64,000 nucleotides of DNA, taken from NCBI GenBank assembly GCA_002189035.1, contig NEEC01000018.1, forward strand, positions 1,116,001 to 1,180,000. The letters run 5' to 3'. The notes beneath the pieces are model-generated. The model ran no database searches. It was not told where the DNA came from and worked only from the letters and a program-made list of their open reading frames with translations. This stretch comes from Utricularia gibba. Lineage: Eukaryota; Plantae; Magnoliophyta. This document shows positions 52,051 to 64,000 of this stretch, piece by piece (position 1 is the first letter of the stretch; every line of letters starts with the position of its first letter). The position numbers and the translations under genes are program-made.

Positions 52051-53825
52051 ACCCACTCCGAATCCAAAACAGGAAAAAACGAACCCAATTACGGATTGAT
52101 GCTCCCCTTCCCCCTCCCCCCACCAATCAACACGAATCCCACTCCACCCCAAACACCCTACCCATTCATTCCTACCTTTCTGCCACTAATCCCAACAACA
52201 CACAACAGAAACATATGCACGGAACGAGTTGAAGATTTCCAAACACCCACGATATCTCGTATTTATATATACTGACGGAGGCAGCTCGGAATCTTCACGG
52301 AGCGTTCTCTCACCTTCACACCGCACATATCCCAAATTCCACTCAAATAAACTTCAAAAAGCTCACCATATTTAATTTCCATTAAATTAATATAATATCT
52401 AATCACCCTTAATAAATAAATAATTACAAAAATAAAAGGTGGACAGATGCCTTCAAACCAATGATTATCCAACTTTCCACTTACATATCAATTTTTATAT
52501 TTTTATTCATATACAAAATAATTTTGTTATTAAATAAGAACAATTTCTATTTTAAAAATAACATGAATTTGATGATATTTTTTATTCTTAAAGAAAAATA
52601 TATCAATATTTATTTTATTAAAAACACTTTTCTAAAATATTTTTCAATATTCATTATTAAAAAGTACCTTAATCTCATCAATTTTCCATTAAGATTCACA
52701 ATAACTCTTCTTTTTTGACAATTGAGACAATAAGATTCCATTTATTATAATTTTTTGAAAAGTATTTTTTAAAAAATAAAAACTTGTATTTTTATAATTT
52801 TTAAAAGTAATAAATATTTATAAATCTTTAATTTGTTTAAAGAAATCATTCTTATCGATAATAAAATTATTTTGAAAATAATTTAAATTTATATAGATTT
52901 TAATTCTGTCTTGGATTAAAAACTTGTGGGTGGATGCTGACTGGACATTTTTGCGGTGGTCCCACGTGGCCTCGTCTCCTATTCAGACAGGAGTTGCAGG
53001 AGGATTTGTGAAAGTGCCTCCTCCTTATCCCAAAACGTCATTTTCACCCCTTGCAATACCTAATGCTGGGCCCCACCAACACACTCAAGAAAAACATGCA
53101 ATTCCATTTTTGATCCTTTTTTTTTAGAATTAATCAATTTGGAGGTAGCTTGTGAAGCTTTCATTTATCTTGGTAGTTTAGATGTACGTCAGGACGGGGA
53201 CACGCGTGTCCGGATTCTTGACTCGGGGGTGTCGTGCGTCTGAGTCCATCTACGGGAATCCACCCCCTAAACGGAGATGTCGGAATGAGAAAACGTATCC
53301 ATATTCTTCGCACTTATTCCCAGATTGTGCTCCAGATCTTTGAAAACGACGCCGTTTGTAAAGACGTAGTTCTTTTTAGGACAAATAATTAGAAAAAAAG
53401 AAATTATATTAATTGGCGATATTTTGGAGCTTATTATTTATTTTTTAAAAAGAGATATTTTATTATAATTATAATTTATAATGTATTTGAATTATTTATA
53501 ATTTTAATAAATATGTATTATGTTGGTATTATTAAAATATTATTATGTATAATATAGTTGTTTATTTTTAATATTATTGTTATAAATATTATTATTTATA
53601 AGCAAACGGTCGTCATCTTCGATTTTTAGGCGAGTGGCTTCCGGCGGTGGACGATACGTGGCGACGAATATTCCCTGCTGTGTCTGGCGTGCACAGCGAA
53701 CTGGGAATCTTTTAACATGGAGCCCCGAAAATGTTGGCACTGAGATCTCTAAAGCTGTAGCTTTCTGGTCCCGGATACACCAACGCTGTTATCTTTGAAT
53801 TGTTAAAAGTTTTGATCGCGTGAGA

Positions 53826-54950
53826 ATGACGGCGGCCGTGGGACGTTTCGGGGTGGAGTTGATTATGAGGAAAGGGGATGCCGATTTCAACAAGATGGTG
53901 TATGGGGTTCCGATATGTCAGCTGTTACCGTGTTCTAATGGTAGAAGATCCGGTTGTTTTAGTTCACGGGTTGTGAATAATCCAGTGACGCAATTGGGAG
54001 TGGAGAATGATGGGAAAGGGTTAGAGGGGATTGTGTAGTTTGATGTGGTTTCAGAGATGGAATTGAGAGATACTGGCATTCGGGGATTGAGGAAAACAAA
54101 GCTTGTGTGCACTATTGGGCCAGCGTGCAGCTCTTCTTATGATCTAGAGAAATAGGCCATGGCAGGAATGAATGTCGCTAGGCTTAATATCTGTCACAAT
54201 ACGCGAGAATGGCATCGGGGTGTGATCCGGAGGATCAAGAAATTGAATGAAAATGGGTATTGTGTGTCGTTGATGATTGACACTGAAGGAAGCGAGATAC
54301 ATGTGGTTGATGGCGCTTCTTCTTCTGTCAAATCAGAGGTTTGTTTTATGTTCTCTGGATAAATTTTCCCTTCTCACAGCATATCTTTTATGGCCTTTTA
54401 GGAGGCCTCCATTTGGTACTTCACTGCTGAAAAGTTTGAGGGTTCAATGCCCTTCACAATTCAAGCCACCTATGAAGGCCTCTCTGAAGGCTCATTGATA
54501 GATGAAAATGGAAGGCAACAGGTTTCTCTTGGTTGATGAACATTGCACTGTCTCTCCATTCAGGTATTCGACGGGGGCATGGCAACATTTGTAGTTGTTG
54601 AAACACTTGATAATGACCTGCGTTACAATTGCACAGACCCTGGCATCCTTTTCCCCCCTGCCAAGCTGAGCTTTTGGAGGGATGGATGCCTTTTGTCAAA
54701 GAACAATGAGTTACCAACGCTGTCAACAAAGCTAGAATGCGTTGATGTTCTTATGAACTTGCAGAGGCATTCATGTGTGTTGATTGAGCTTAGACAGTGG
54801 AACTCATTGCTGATATGCATACCATCCACATGACTGGTCTGACATTGAAATTGAGATTTCAGAAGGAACCGTTTTATTGCATTGCCATTTGTTAAAGATG
54901 CTGATGTTGTTGAACATCTGAAGCAGCATCTTTCCAAGAAGTCCAAGTAA
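53826..54950 (+). pseudogene. Plastid pyruvate kinase (PKp4-like) pseudogene, 5-prime half only
   Basis: [76 protein letters not shown]. In-frame TAG at 54036 and 54153, a later frameshift, and no C-terminal exons after 54950. Confidence 0.88.
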
Positions 54951-55927
54951 CCAAGATTTTATATGCTATGTGTTTGTTAAGCCCTCCTCTTCCAAATGAG
55001 AATCCCTTTCCTGTAGGTGGAACTAATGTTTTTACATGCAGATTTTAACCAAGATTTTTGAACATCTCATGTCCTATATTTTGCAGGGAACAAACTGGAA
55101 CTAGAATGGTGCTCAATCTATATTGGGGAGTCACTTCTTTGGTCATTGATCTCTCAAAGAACATCCAAAAGAATGTCCATTGTTCCATTATATAAATATT
55201 TTAATAATTTCAACAATCGAGGTATTAACAAAATTATTATCTAAAGAAATAGAAGAAAAACTTTTTTTTTTAAAAAAACCCATAATATGATGTTATTTTT
55301 ATCAATATAAAAATCATTATACAATGATGTACATTTTTAAAAAGCTATAATACATTTATATAAATTAAAAATTATAATAATATAGCTTCATTATTACGAA
55401 CTTCCCAACCATTATAAATTAAATAAAAAGTATATTGTAAAGATTTAATATTAGAAATTAAAGAATTAAGTATGTTAGAATTTTATAACTCAAATTGAAC
55501 ATGTTTTAACATTTTATCAATCCTGAAATGGAGGTAGTTTAACTATTGACATACATGTAAGATCAATCATGTTAAATAGATACCCATTATAGAATTATTT
55601 AGAATTTAAAATCAATCAAATTGTGTGGATTCAAAATATAATATTTTAAAACCATTATGCCTAACTAAAAATAATTAAAGATAATGTGATAACAACAATA
55701 ATTAAGACCACAAAATTCGGTCACTTTTAATTCACATAAACTGTTTAGACTTGGAATATTAAAGGGACTGGAGGACCAAAATTTGTCAGATCTGAAAGAG
55801 TGAAACTTGGCGTGGCGGTGGTGTCATTTTATACAATCTGTCCTATTTTATTCCAGTGAAACTACATCTAAACGTATACTCTGACCCAAAAGTACAAGGG
55901 GAACAAGTTGGAAAGAACCAAAACTAT

Positions 55928-57481
55928 TCAAACAAAGCGGCTGTTGTTTCCACCAAGGCAACAAGGTGGAGAAATGGGATTTATTGGGTTGAGGCGCCGC
56001 CTCAGAATGCCACCTCCGACAGGCGGCGGGGCAACGTCGTAGTCACCGTTGATGATTCTAGGAGGCCATCGTGGTATCATGAACGGATTGGGGTACCATC
56101 TTCTGGGAAGGTGGTGATATATAGCTGGGAAAACCATTGGTCCTCTGGTTTCTACCAAAATTGCAGCTTTGCGTAAGGTCCATTCAGTAACAAATGCCCT
56201 CTTCCAAGTGAATTCAGGATCTTTTATTCGATCAGGGAACTCCTCCAGAAACTTGAGCTTCCACAAGTCGTCGTTCGACCCCAAATACCGAAGCTCGAGG
56301 CAGACAGAGATCACACTGGCTAGGTCAACAGCAGGCAGGGATTCTAAGATTTTCAGCTTGAGATCAGTTGGGAGGCGCATGAAGCATGGGGGAAGTTCTA
56401 AACCGGCTGCCTCACAGAGATCAATAGATAATGGCAGTGCTAGGGAATCTTTCAATGTTTTCCAGAACTTAAACACCTCTTTCTCAGAAGAAATGCCAGA
56501 AACTCTATCAACTTCAACAGAATTTTCTATATCCCAAGAGTTGGCCAATGCAATATTTAGGTAGGGGATTAATTTCCTCTCGTTCAGCTGCACCCTGTAC
56601 ACGTTTCTCGTCACTGAATCAAAATCTGAAGTCCCAAATATATTGATGAAATCTCCCAAACACTGAAATTTGAGAACTACAGTGTTGGTAGCATCTACCT
56701 GGGAAGCACCAGCAGCTTCAGGTAGAGTGTAATGCAACGCCAAACTGAACAATCGAGAAGACCAATCATTCTGGAAAGGGAGACCTTCCGAAACCATGTT
56801 CGCATCCTTATCAAATGCCACAAACCCAGACTCCAACATAACAGCATGAACCGCGAATATGATCAGCTTGTGATCCCTTGCACCATCATTGCTCAACTCC
56901 TCCGTCAATACTTGCTTTAGAAAACCAGGCACCGAAAAAGGCCTGCTTGATACGTCTGATGCAGCGATGGTTTCAGTATCCCCTTCATCGGTTTCCATCA
57001 TCCCCAAAGTTTCAGAATCCACAACTCTCTGTGCATCAGCCGATGTGTGCGAATTCTGGGCAGCGGGAGTGTCCGAATTAACGTGGGTTCTTCTATCTCT
57101 GTCATCCGTTGGCATTTTTCTCTGTGCCTCCACCGCGACAGAATCAAATCTGCGGTCAGCACGATGCGACGTCGGCCTTGCAGAGCATTCAGCAATCTCC
57201 GAATCCATCCGAGCCTGGGAATTCAAACCGACGCCCTCAGACTGATTCCCAAAGGAGAAAAAGATCAAATCCCCAGCAGCAACACCGAGGGATTGCAGAG
57301 ATTCTTCGCCGTCAGATTGGAGCTCGTCCTTGCGGTTGAGCGAGAGGCGAATAGAAGCAGGAGAGGGCGAATTGGGGAGGAAACCAGCGACAATCTGCTT
57401 GAACTGCGGTAAAGAACATGGATTTGGAACCTCGAGCTTTAGCGTTACCTTGGAATCGATGCATCTCAGTCTCAGCCTCAT
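55928..57481 (-). CDS. SKIP22: F-box protein SKIP22 / FBXO7-like (Ubl + PI31-like + F-box), intronless, 517 aa
   Basis: MRLRLRCIDSKVTLKLEVP (Ubl), LSLNRKDEL...LGVAAGDLIFF, AVHAVMLESGF (PI31/FP domain), PPCFMRLPTDLKLKILESLP...LRYLGSNDDLWK (F-box), GGD-like NGDYD tail. Confidence 0.93.
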   Translation of the reverse strand: MRLRLRCIDSKVTLKLEVPNPCSLPQFKQIVAGFLPNSPSPASIRLSLNRKDELQSDGEESLQSLGVAAGDLIFFSFGNQSEGVGLNSQARMDSEIAECSARPTSHRADRRFDSVAVEAQRKMPTDDRDRRTHVNSDTPAAQNSHTSADAQRVVDSETLGMMETDEGDTETIAASDVSSRPFSVPGFLKQVLTEELSNDGARDHKLIIFAVHAVMLESGFVAFDKDANMVSEGLPFQNDWSSRLFSLALHYTLPEAAGASQVDATNTVVLKFQCLGDFINIFGTSDFDSVTRNVYRVQLNERKLIPYLNIALANSWDIENSVEVDRVSGISSEKEVFKFWKTLKDSLALPLSIDLCEAAGLELPPCFMRLPTDLKLKILESLPAVDLASVISVCLELRYLGSNDDLWKLKFLEEFPDRIKDPEFTWKRAFVTEWTLRKAAILVETRGPMVFPAIYHHLPRRWYPNPFMIPRWPPRIINGDYDVAPPPVGGGILRRRLNPINPISPPCCLGGNNSRFV

Positions 57482-57749
57482 CTTCTTCTCTTGCCAAACA
57501 AGTCACAGAGAATATCGAAAATAGAAAACCTGCTGTGCTTCATCCACATCAGTTTGGGGGAAATGGGGCAAATATCCCCAACTTTTTTTATTTTCTTTGC
57601 CATTTATATTAACTTTATAAACATTTTACTAATTATAAAAAAATTAGGTATTCTTTGTATTTTACTTCAACTTTATATTTTTCATATGTATATTCTTAAT
57701 AAAATTGCTAGATGTATTTTTTTATACATTAATATTGTTAATAATATAT

Positions 57750-57910
57750 TTTGAATTTAAAATTTAAGATTTCAGTTTTAATAGTATTTGATATTTAATG
57801 TTTACCTTTTTTGGTTTTGGATTTAAGTTTTAAAATTTAAAATTTAATGATTTATAGTTTAAGATTTAGAATTTTATATTTTTAATTTTTATTTAAGATT
57901 TAAGATAAAA
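57750..57910. repeat. Degenerate heptamer array (TTTAAGA/TTTAGAA/TTTATAG-like)
   Basis: Repeated tttaaaa/tttaaga/tttagaa/tttatag units read directly. Confidence 0.5.
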
Positions 57911-60243
57911 ATTCTCTATATTATTATCCACTTAGGAAGTAAATTCAAGACAAAATTTGTATTATACTAATTGTAGAAAGATAATGACACAGTACCACAT
58001 CTTTATTTTTGTTTTGAAAAATATCACATACACGATAAAGATATTGCAAAATAACACTAATAAATATTAACTTATTCTTTTAATCATAAAATAATATTTA
58101 GAAAAACATAATATAAAAAATTACATAATATTTTTCATAAATATTTACACAAATATTCCAATGAAATATTTCATTTTATTTGCGTTTATTATTATTTTTA
58201 TTTTGTATTTGGATGATGTTAATTTATCATAGACATATGAAATTATTATTTTATGTATTTATTCTCATTTTTTTAATGAAAAAATTAAGAAGGTTCTAAA
58301 TTATTAAAATACTTTATTTGTATAGTATATAATACTATAAATTATAAAGATGAAATCAAATTAGAGACTACAAATTCACATAAAATTTATAAAGTTAAAG
58401 TTCAAAAGCAAGAATGTGATTACGAAAGTTAGTAAATATATCGATATCCATATTGTCATTCACAAAGATAAACTAATTATTTATACATATTTAAACTTTT
58501 AAGTAATATCTTATTTCATGTGAAGGCTTGTCATAAGTTTCGAATAAATCCAAGAGATAAATTAAGTTACGATTATTGAACATCTTTCTTGATGAATACT
58601 TACAACTTTCAGATTTATCCAGTATGAAACAAGCATCCAACACCTTTTCGAATTTCAATGATTCATGCAATGCCTCCCCCATGATGAGATACTACTCTTT
58701 TATCAAAAGATTTTTCTACTTCAAATAACTATATCTTTAGATATTCATTATATGAGGAATATCATTGGAATCATGACATAATCTCTTTCTTTATTGCACC
58801 AACCTCATTGTCGCATTTACATTTATCAATGTTCCTATCATCATCCATAATAATGACATTTCAATCGCAGATGAGACAACCATTGAAAAAATACTTTAGT
58901 TAGTCAAATGGTATGCAGTTTATTGTAACCATAAAACAAATGACATATTATTTTTTTATATAATATTTTAATTTCAATTATATATTTCTTGTATTTAAAT
59001 GTTTTAAAATATAATATATTCATAAAAAAATCAATGTTATATTTTAAAATATACCTATGTTGTATATTTATTTTATTTCAATTTTATTTTTCAATTTTGC
59101 ATCATATTTTATCATAAAGTTATTATATAAAGTAATTAAAAATTAAATTAAATCTACAATAAGGTAAAACAAAAATCAATTTTACTGAAAGAATAAAATA
59201 TAATTGATTTTTGTTGATAAGATAGCATATCTGTTGATTATATGATAAGGTTAATTTGCTTAAGGGATACATTCACAATTTACCTTATTTTTGAACTAGA
59301 ATTTTAGTTTAAATGTAAAAAAACAAAATGAATTTTTTATATCATATTTTATTTTTAATTATACAATTTTTCACTTGAAAGTTTCAAAAATATAATTTAT
59401 TCATATAGAATCAACATTGTAGCTTAAATTTTTATTATGATAAATAATTTAATAATATAATGAAAAAGTTTTAATATCTATTTTCACTTTTTGGTAAATT
59501 AAATAGTTTATTTATATATATTATTTTTATGTATGTCACAAGTATTTGATATTATATTAAATATACGTTTAAAGATAAAATTATATTATTCATGATTTTT
59601 CATTCTATTTTTACTTAATTATATTTTATTAAATTAATTTTTTACATTTTCACAATATAAAATATATTTTATTTTAATGCAAATAAATAATAACTTTGGA
59701 ATAAAATACTTATTTGTCTTATATAATAATTTCTTTTGATATAAACATATATTAATATTAAAATTTGTTATATAATCTAATTTTGATATTTCAACTTATC
59801 ATATGTTTGATATTTATTCATGAAATTTATTTCATTTTTTATTATTAATATAGTACTAAAATATTATTACAAAAATAATAAATCACATATTATTATTTTG
59901 GTAAGTAGCTTTTGTAATCTTTTAAAAAATGAATATTAATACACAATTTGATTAAATTATAAAGTTATTTCATTTACTCCTAATAAGGGTAAACCGCAAA
60001 TAAATTTTGTTAATAGATTAAAATGCAAATGCAATGATCTCACAAGGGTAAAAGATGACGCCCATCAGTTTGTTTTCCTGAATAATATCCGAACACGCCG
60101 AGTCGCCGAGTCGTATTATCGTATTGTAACCACATGGGCCGACATTTATATTTGGGTTTGGGCCTCTTTCAACCATGCGGGAGAGATGGGCGGTCCCTAA
60201 TTCGATTTCCGGCAGGTCATCTGCGGCGGAGGGGAATTTGTCG

Positions 60244-61756
60244 ATGCTTACTCCTGTTTGTGTCTCCCGGCTGTTCGGACTGGGGACCGGATCTTCGCTG
60301 AATTTGAGTTCACGTGCATTTTCGGTGTCTACATCTGCAGAGTATTCTAACCAGTCGCGAGGAGGCCTCCCTCGCTTCTTCTCCGAGACTTTACCTTCTT
60401 CTAAGGTAGTGGTTAACATCTTGTTACTCAGAATTTTGTATGGCTTCCGAGATCTTTGATTTGCAGGGTGGTGTTGTGCGCGTCAAGGGTGACGAATTCT
60501 TTCACATTGTCAAGGTTCTGCGGCTTGGAGTTAACGCTAGGTACACGAAATATTTTATTGATTTGAATTTTCAGATACGTGATTCGAAGTTGGGTATTTT
60601 TCATTTCTGTGTAAGCATTTTGGAGCTTGTTCAATGTTTGGATACATCAGCTTTGTCTGGAATTTCTCCATTTGTTGTTTTGGAGTAGATTGTCTCATGT
60701 TTTATGCAAATGATTTCAGTTATCCTGTTTTTCGTACTTCAGGGTGGAGCTATTTAATGGTAATGGGGTTTTGGTTGAAGGACGCATAGACAATGTTGAT
60801 CATGGAGGTCTAGATTTTGAAGCTCTTGAGGATCCCAAAACTGTGCTCACTCAAACCGCACAGTGGCATGTCTTTGCTGCATTCGGTTAGTTTCTTCATA
60901 GGAATCAGCATTTTTCCTCCATGAGTTGCTCCTTGGATTTGTGCAAGATGCTTTGATTCCTTAGGCACTCTGAAGGGAGGTCGAGCCGATTGGCTGGTTG
61001 AGAAATGTACTGTATGTGTTTCAATTACTCTTGGTGTTTTGAATTTTTTTTATGATATCTCTTCTCTAAATTTATTTGCTGTAGGAGCTTGGAGCATCAA
61101 GTGTGACACCATTGTTAACTGAGCGATCTCATTCAGTGTCGGATAATCGGGTGGACAGACTGCAGCGCGTTGTGCTAGCTGCTACAAAACAATGTAATAT
61201 GTTGTCATAAACTTCTTTTCCCAGTTCATATAGTCTGAATTTTCACATTTTAAGGCTGTCCTGATTCATGTAGGTCAGAGGTTACACCAGATGACTTTGA
61301 AACCCCCCATCAAAATCGCTGACCTCCTCCCACTCGTAAGCATGAATCAATTCTGAATCCCACTTATTCTCATTCTGTTGCATTCATATTCAGACTCCCA
61401 TTTTTCTTACCGTGGACACAGATCTCCCAAACAAGGTTAGCTTTCGTAGGTGTTGCAGAAGCTCCTCCGATCTTCAACTCCCTGCTCTCTCTTAAGAAGC
61501 AAGCTTCCGGCTTGATCATTGTTGGACCAGAAGGCGGTAAGCAATGGACGCTTCTCCCTTCTTCTCTACCAAGCACAGCCATCATCTTCCTTTGAACTTT
61601 AGCTTGTGTACCGCAGACTTCACAGAGAAAGAGTCCAGCAGTATCATAAAAGCTGGAGCCACACCTTGTGGCCTCGGACCACATCGACTTCGCGTTGAAA
61701 CAGCCACGATCGCCCTCCTTTCAACACTGATGCTATGGTCTGATTCCCTGGAATAA
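60244..61756 (+). CDS. rsmE: 16S rRNA (uracil-1498-N3)-methyltransferase RsmE-like, organellar; 8 exons
   Basis: YSNQSRGGLPRFFSE, GGVVRVKGDEFFHIVKVLRL, VELFNGNG, WHVFAAFGTLKGGRADWLVEKCTELGASSVTPLLTERS, AATKQCQRLH, LIIVGPEGDFT, GLGPHRLRVETATIALLS. The start could also be ATG 60175. Confidence 0.94.
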
Positions 61757-62329
61757 GTTTATATCTCTCCACAATATACGTTTGCAAAGTAGCCTGTAAT
61801 CTTTGGTAAAATAGTCTTGTTTTATTTAAAATAATATTTTTATTTATTATTTATTCAATTTGATGTATAAATAGATTATTTCATAAATATAATCTATAAA
61901 TATAATTATTTTTATATGATAGAAACTTTATTTTTAATATAACTTTTTATAAAAAAATAAACATTTAATAAACAAAATTGTACATTTTAATACAGCTAAA
62001 TGCATTGATAGTTTTTTTATATGTATATAATTATTAAAATTTCATAATATTACCGGTAATAATATTTTTTTAATTAAATACATTCTAATTATAAAACTTC
62101 ACATCATCCAAAGGCATACCATTGTATATGATTAAATATTAATTTGTTTGATAATTTATTATGTTTTGAAACCGTCATTATAATATTAATTAAAATTTTA
62201 TTAATTAAGATTTTACATAATTTCTTAATAATACTTTTAATTTTAATTTTATAAAAAATAAGTTTATAATCATTATGAATCTAACCCACAACCATTAAAC
62301 ATAAATATCAAAATATAAATATTTAAGTT

Positions 62330-62480
62330 ATGGACATAGTTTACGTATAAACCATACTCATAAATAATTTGGTATACGACACAGGCACTGCTTATGTATA
62401 AATCATGACTGTATTGTATACAAAACATCATATGGGCACTATTTATATATAAACCATGCGCGTATTTTATATAAAACACT
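62330..62480. repeat. Degenerate minisatellite of about 24-bp units
   Basis: Minus-strand units such as ATGGTTTATATATAAATAGTGCCC, ATGATTTATACATAAGCAGTGCCT, ATGGTTTATACGTAAACTATGTCC. Confidence 0.55.
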
Positions 62481-63069
62481 ATATAAGTATGAATTATGCA
62501 TAAAACAAGTACATAGTATATATATATATCACCGTAGCTTAACTGTAAGTATTTTGATATTTACATTTGATGGTAGAAGGCTTGATTCGTATTCATTGCA
62601 GATTTTATTTTTTACAAGTTTAAAATTAAAATATATATATTTATATGAATTCATATTTCTATATGGAATCATCACTTTAATAAAAATTACAAATAAATAA
62701 CATTAATTACACTTTTAACAATATTTTGAAACATGATAATGTATGCGAATGCAAATATATTCCAGTTTAATGCATATCACAATTATCACGAAATCAGTTA
62801 CACAAACGAAATAAAAAATATGAGCACGTTAATCTGAATTTCATACCCGAAACCTAAATGACATACCCGAAACAGCCCGGAAACCGGCGATGGCGAAGCA
62901 TTTGGCTGAAGAAATCTGAGAAGAAGAAACCTTACTAGAGAATGGAGAGCACGAGCATCCAGATGGAGATGAATAGCAGGTTAATCAACAATTGTTTCTA
63001 AACCACCATGATCTTATCTTGATAATGCTTTACCCCAATAACCTATTGCATATCAGCACCCCATTATTG

Positions 63070-63607
63070 TGTTAGAATATACAATTCCATGTCGAAAAAT
63101 GAAAGTGGAATAATCTAGTATATAAGAAATTATAGATCACAATTAATTAATTGAGTCTAATCTTTTCTATTGTGATCCACGCTTTTTGTGCACTTGGGCT
63201 TCATGTGTGCGGTTGCCCGACCCATCGGATCCTGAATTTCAACATGGTATCAAAGCGTTTGCCTCATGGCACGACGTGGGTGGCCAAAATAAGTTTCGTT
63301 TTGGTCTGAGTTCTGGTTAAAAAAAAAAAAGGGATGTATTGAGCTTAGGCGACAAAAAATTAGATCGATCTATGATCCGAGCACTACCTACAATCATAAA
63401 AAAAACAAGTCATCACCAGACTTGAGGGTGGGTGTTAGAATACATAATCCCACATTGGAAAATGAAAATGGAATAATTTAATATATAAGAAACTACATAT
63501 TACAAGTAATCGATTGGGTCTAATCTTTTTTAATGTGATTCACGTTTCTTGTGTACTTGGACTTCACGTGTGTGCTCGCCCAACTCATAGGATACTCAAT
63601 TTCAACA
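63070..63607 (+). mobile_element. Complete TRIM (terminal-repeat retrotransposon in miniature), 538 bp
   Basis: Two 175-bp LTRs (63070-63244, 63433-63607), both TG...CA. PBS TGGTATCAAAGC (tRNA-iMet type) at 63245, PPT GAGGGTGGG before LTR2, 188-bp non-coding interior, perfect 5-bp TSD TATTG on both sides. Confidence 0.95.
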
Positions 63608-64000
63608 TATTGAACATACATCAACCACACCAGATAAGCTCTTTACACAGGGGACTTGGAAAGCCATCTCTCAAGCATCGCGTAGCATTCTTCCGCCTTG
63701 TGCTCCGGAGCCGTATGCCCCGCACCCTATGGGGAAAGCCCATTCCTTTACTTGTATGTGTTGGAAAAAGAGATTTTGATTTTTGTTGTGCGTTGTCAGA
63801 TCTTGCCTTAACAGTGGCAAAGGTGAGTATAGCTTCATCGTTCTTGTAACTCATGGTGTATCTAAACATTCATAGAGGATAGACTTTAGGTTAGATGGGA
63901 TATGAGTTGAGTTTATAAACAAAGAGAGTACTTGCCCTGCAACTTGGTTTTTCACCATCCATGGCCTCCACTCCTCACTTAGACTGAGATTTAGTTGCTG

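Noticed and set aside
58491-58900. ORF 58491-58682 and a slightly GC-richer patch as a gene or transposase fragment
   Set aside because: Riddled with stops upstream and no recognisable motif; probably an old TE remnant but cannot be supported.
60018-60419. 133-aa minus-strand ORF overlapping the RsmE start
   Set aside because: Antisense shadow of the GC-rich RsmE first exon and 5-prime region; no recognisable domain.
63621-63869. 82-aa ORF right of the TRIM
   Set aside because: No recognisable family, weak start context, and lies at the window edge; cannot be assigned.

Overview
Plant (eudicot) nuclear genomic DNA with compact multi-exon genes and very AT-rich spacers. No CRISPR array, rRNA or tRNA was found. 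Genes in order: beta-ureidopropionase (PYD3), a gamma-glutamyl peptidase (GGP/class I glutamine amidotransferase), a tandem pair of methylmalonate-semialdehyde dehydrogenase (ALDH6) genes, a FLOURY1-like GTD-binding protein, an OPT oligopeptide transporter, a CorA/ZntB-like metal transporter, DNA polymerase V/MYBBP1A, a decayed LL-DAP aminotransferase (AGD2-like), histone H3.1, a DUF1005-type protein, a TPVRRSSRIR-tail membrane protein, an inositol-tetrakisphosphate 1-kinase, a plastid pyruvate kinase pseudogene, F-box SKIP22/FBXO7 and RsmE. Mobile DNA: a complete Mutator-like element (TIRs, perfect 10-bp TSD), a complete 538-bp TRIM (LTRs, PBS, PPT, 5-bp TSD) and a probable solo LTR. Most interesting is the upstream ALDH6 paralog. 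Its first transit-peptide exon is replaced by a FAR1/MULE-transposase-like zinc-finger DNA-binding exon, both substrate-carboxylate arginines are substituted while the catalytic Cys is kept, and it has a repetitive His-rich C-terminal tail. It lies directly upstream of the canonical mitochondrial ALDH6 and near PYD3 of the same catabolic route, so it is a candidate metabolite-sensing nuclear regulator. Caveat: six apparent frameshifts in the window, two of them in this gene, are all single-base deficits in short G/C homopolymers and are probably sequencing or assembly errors.
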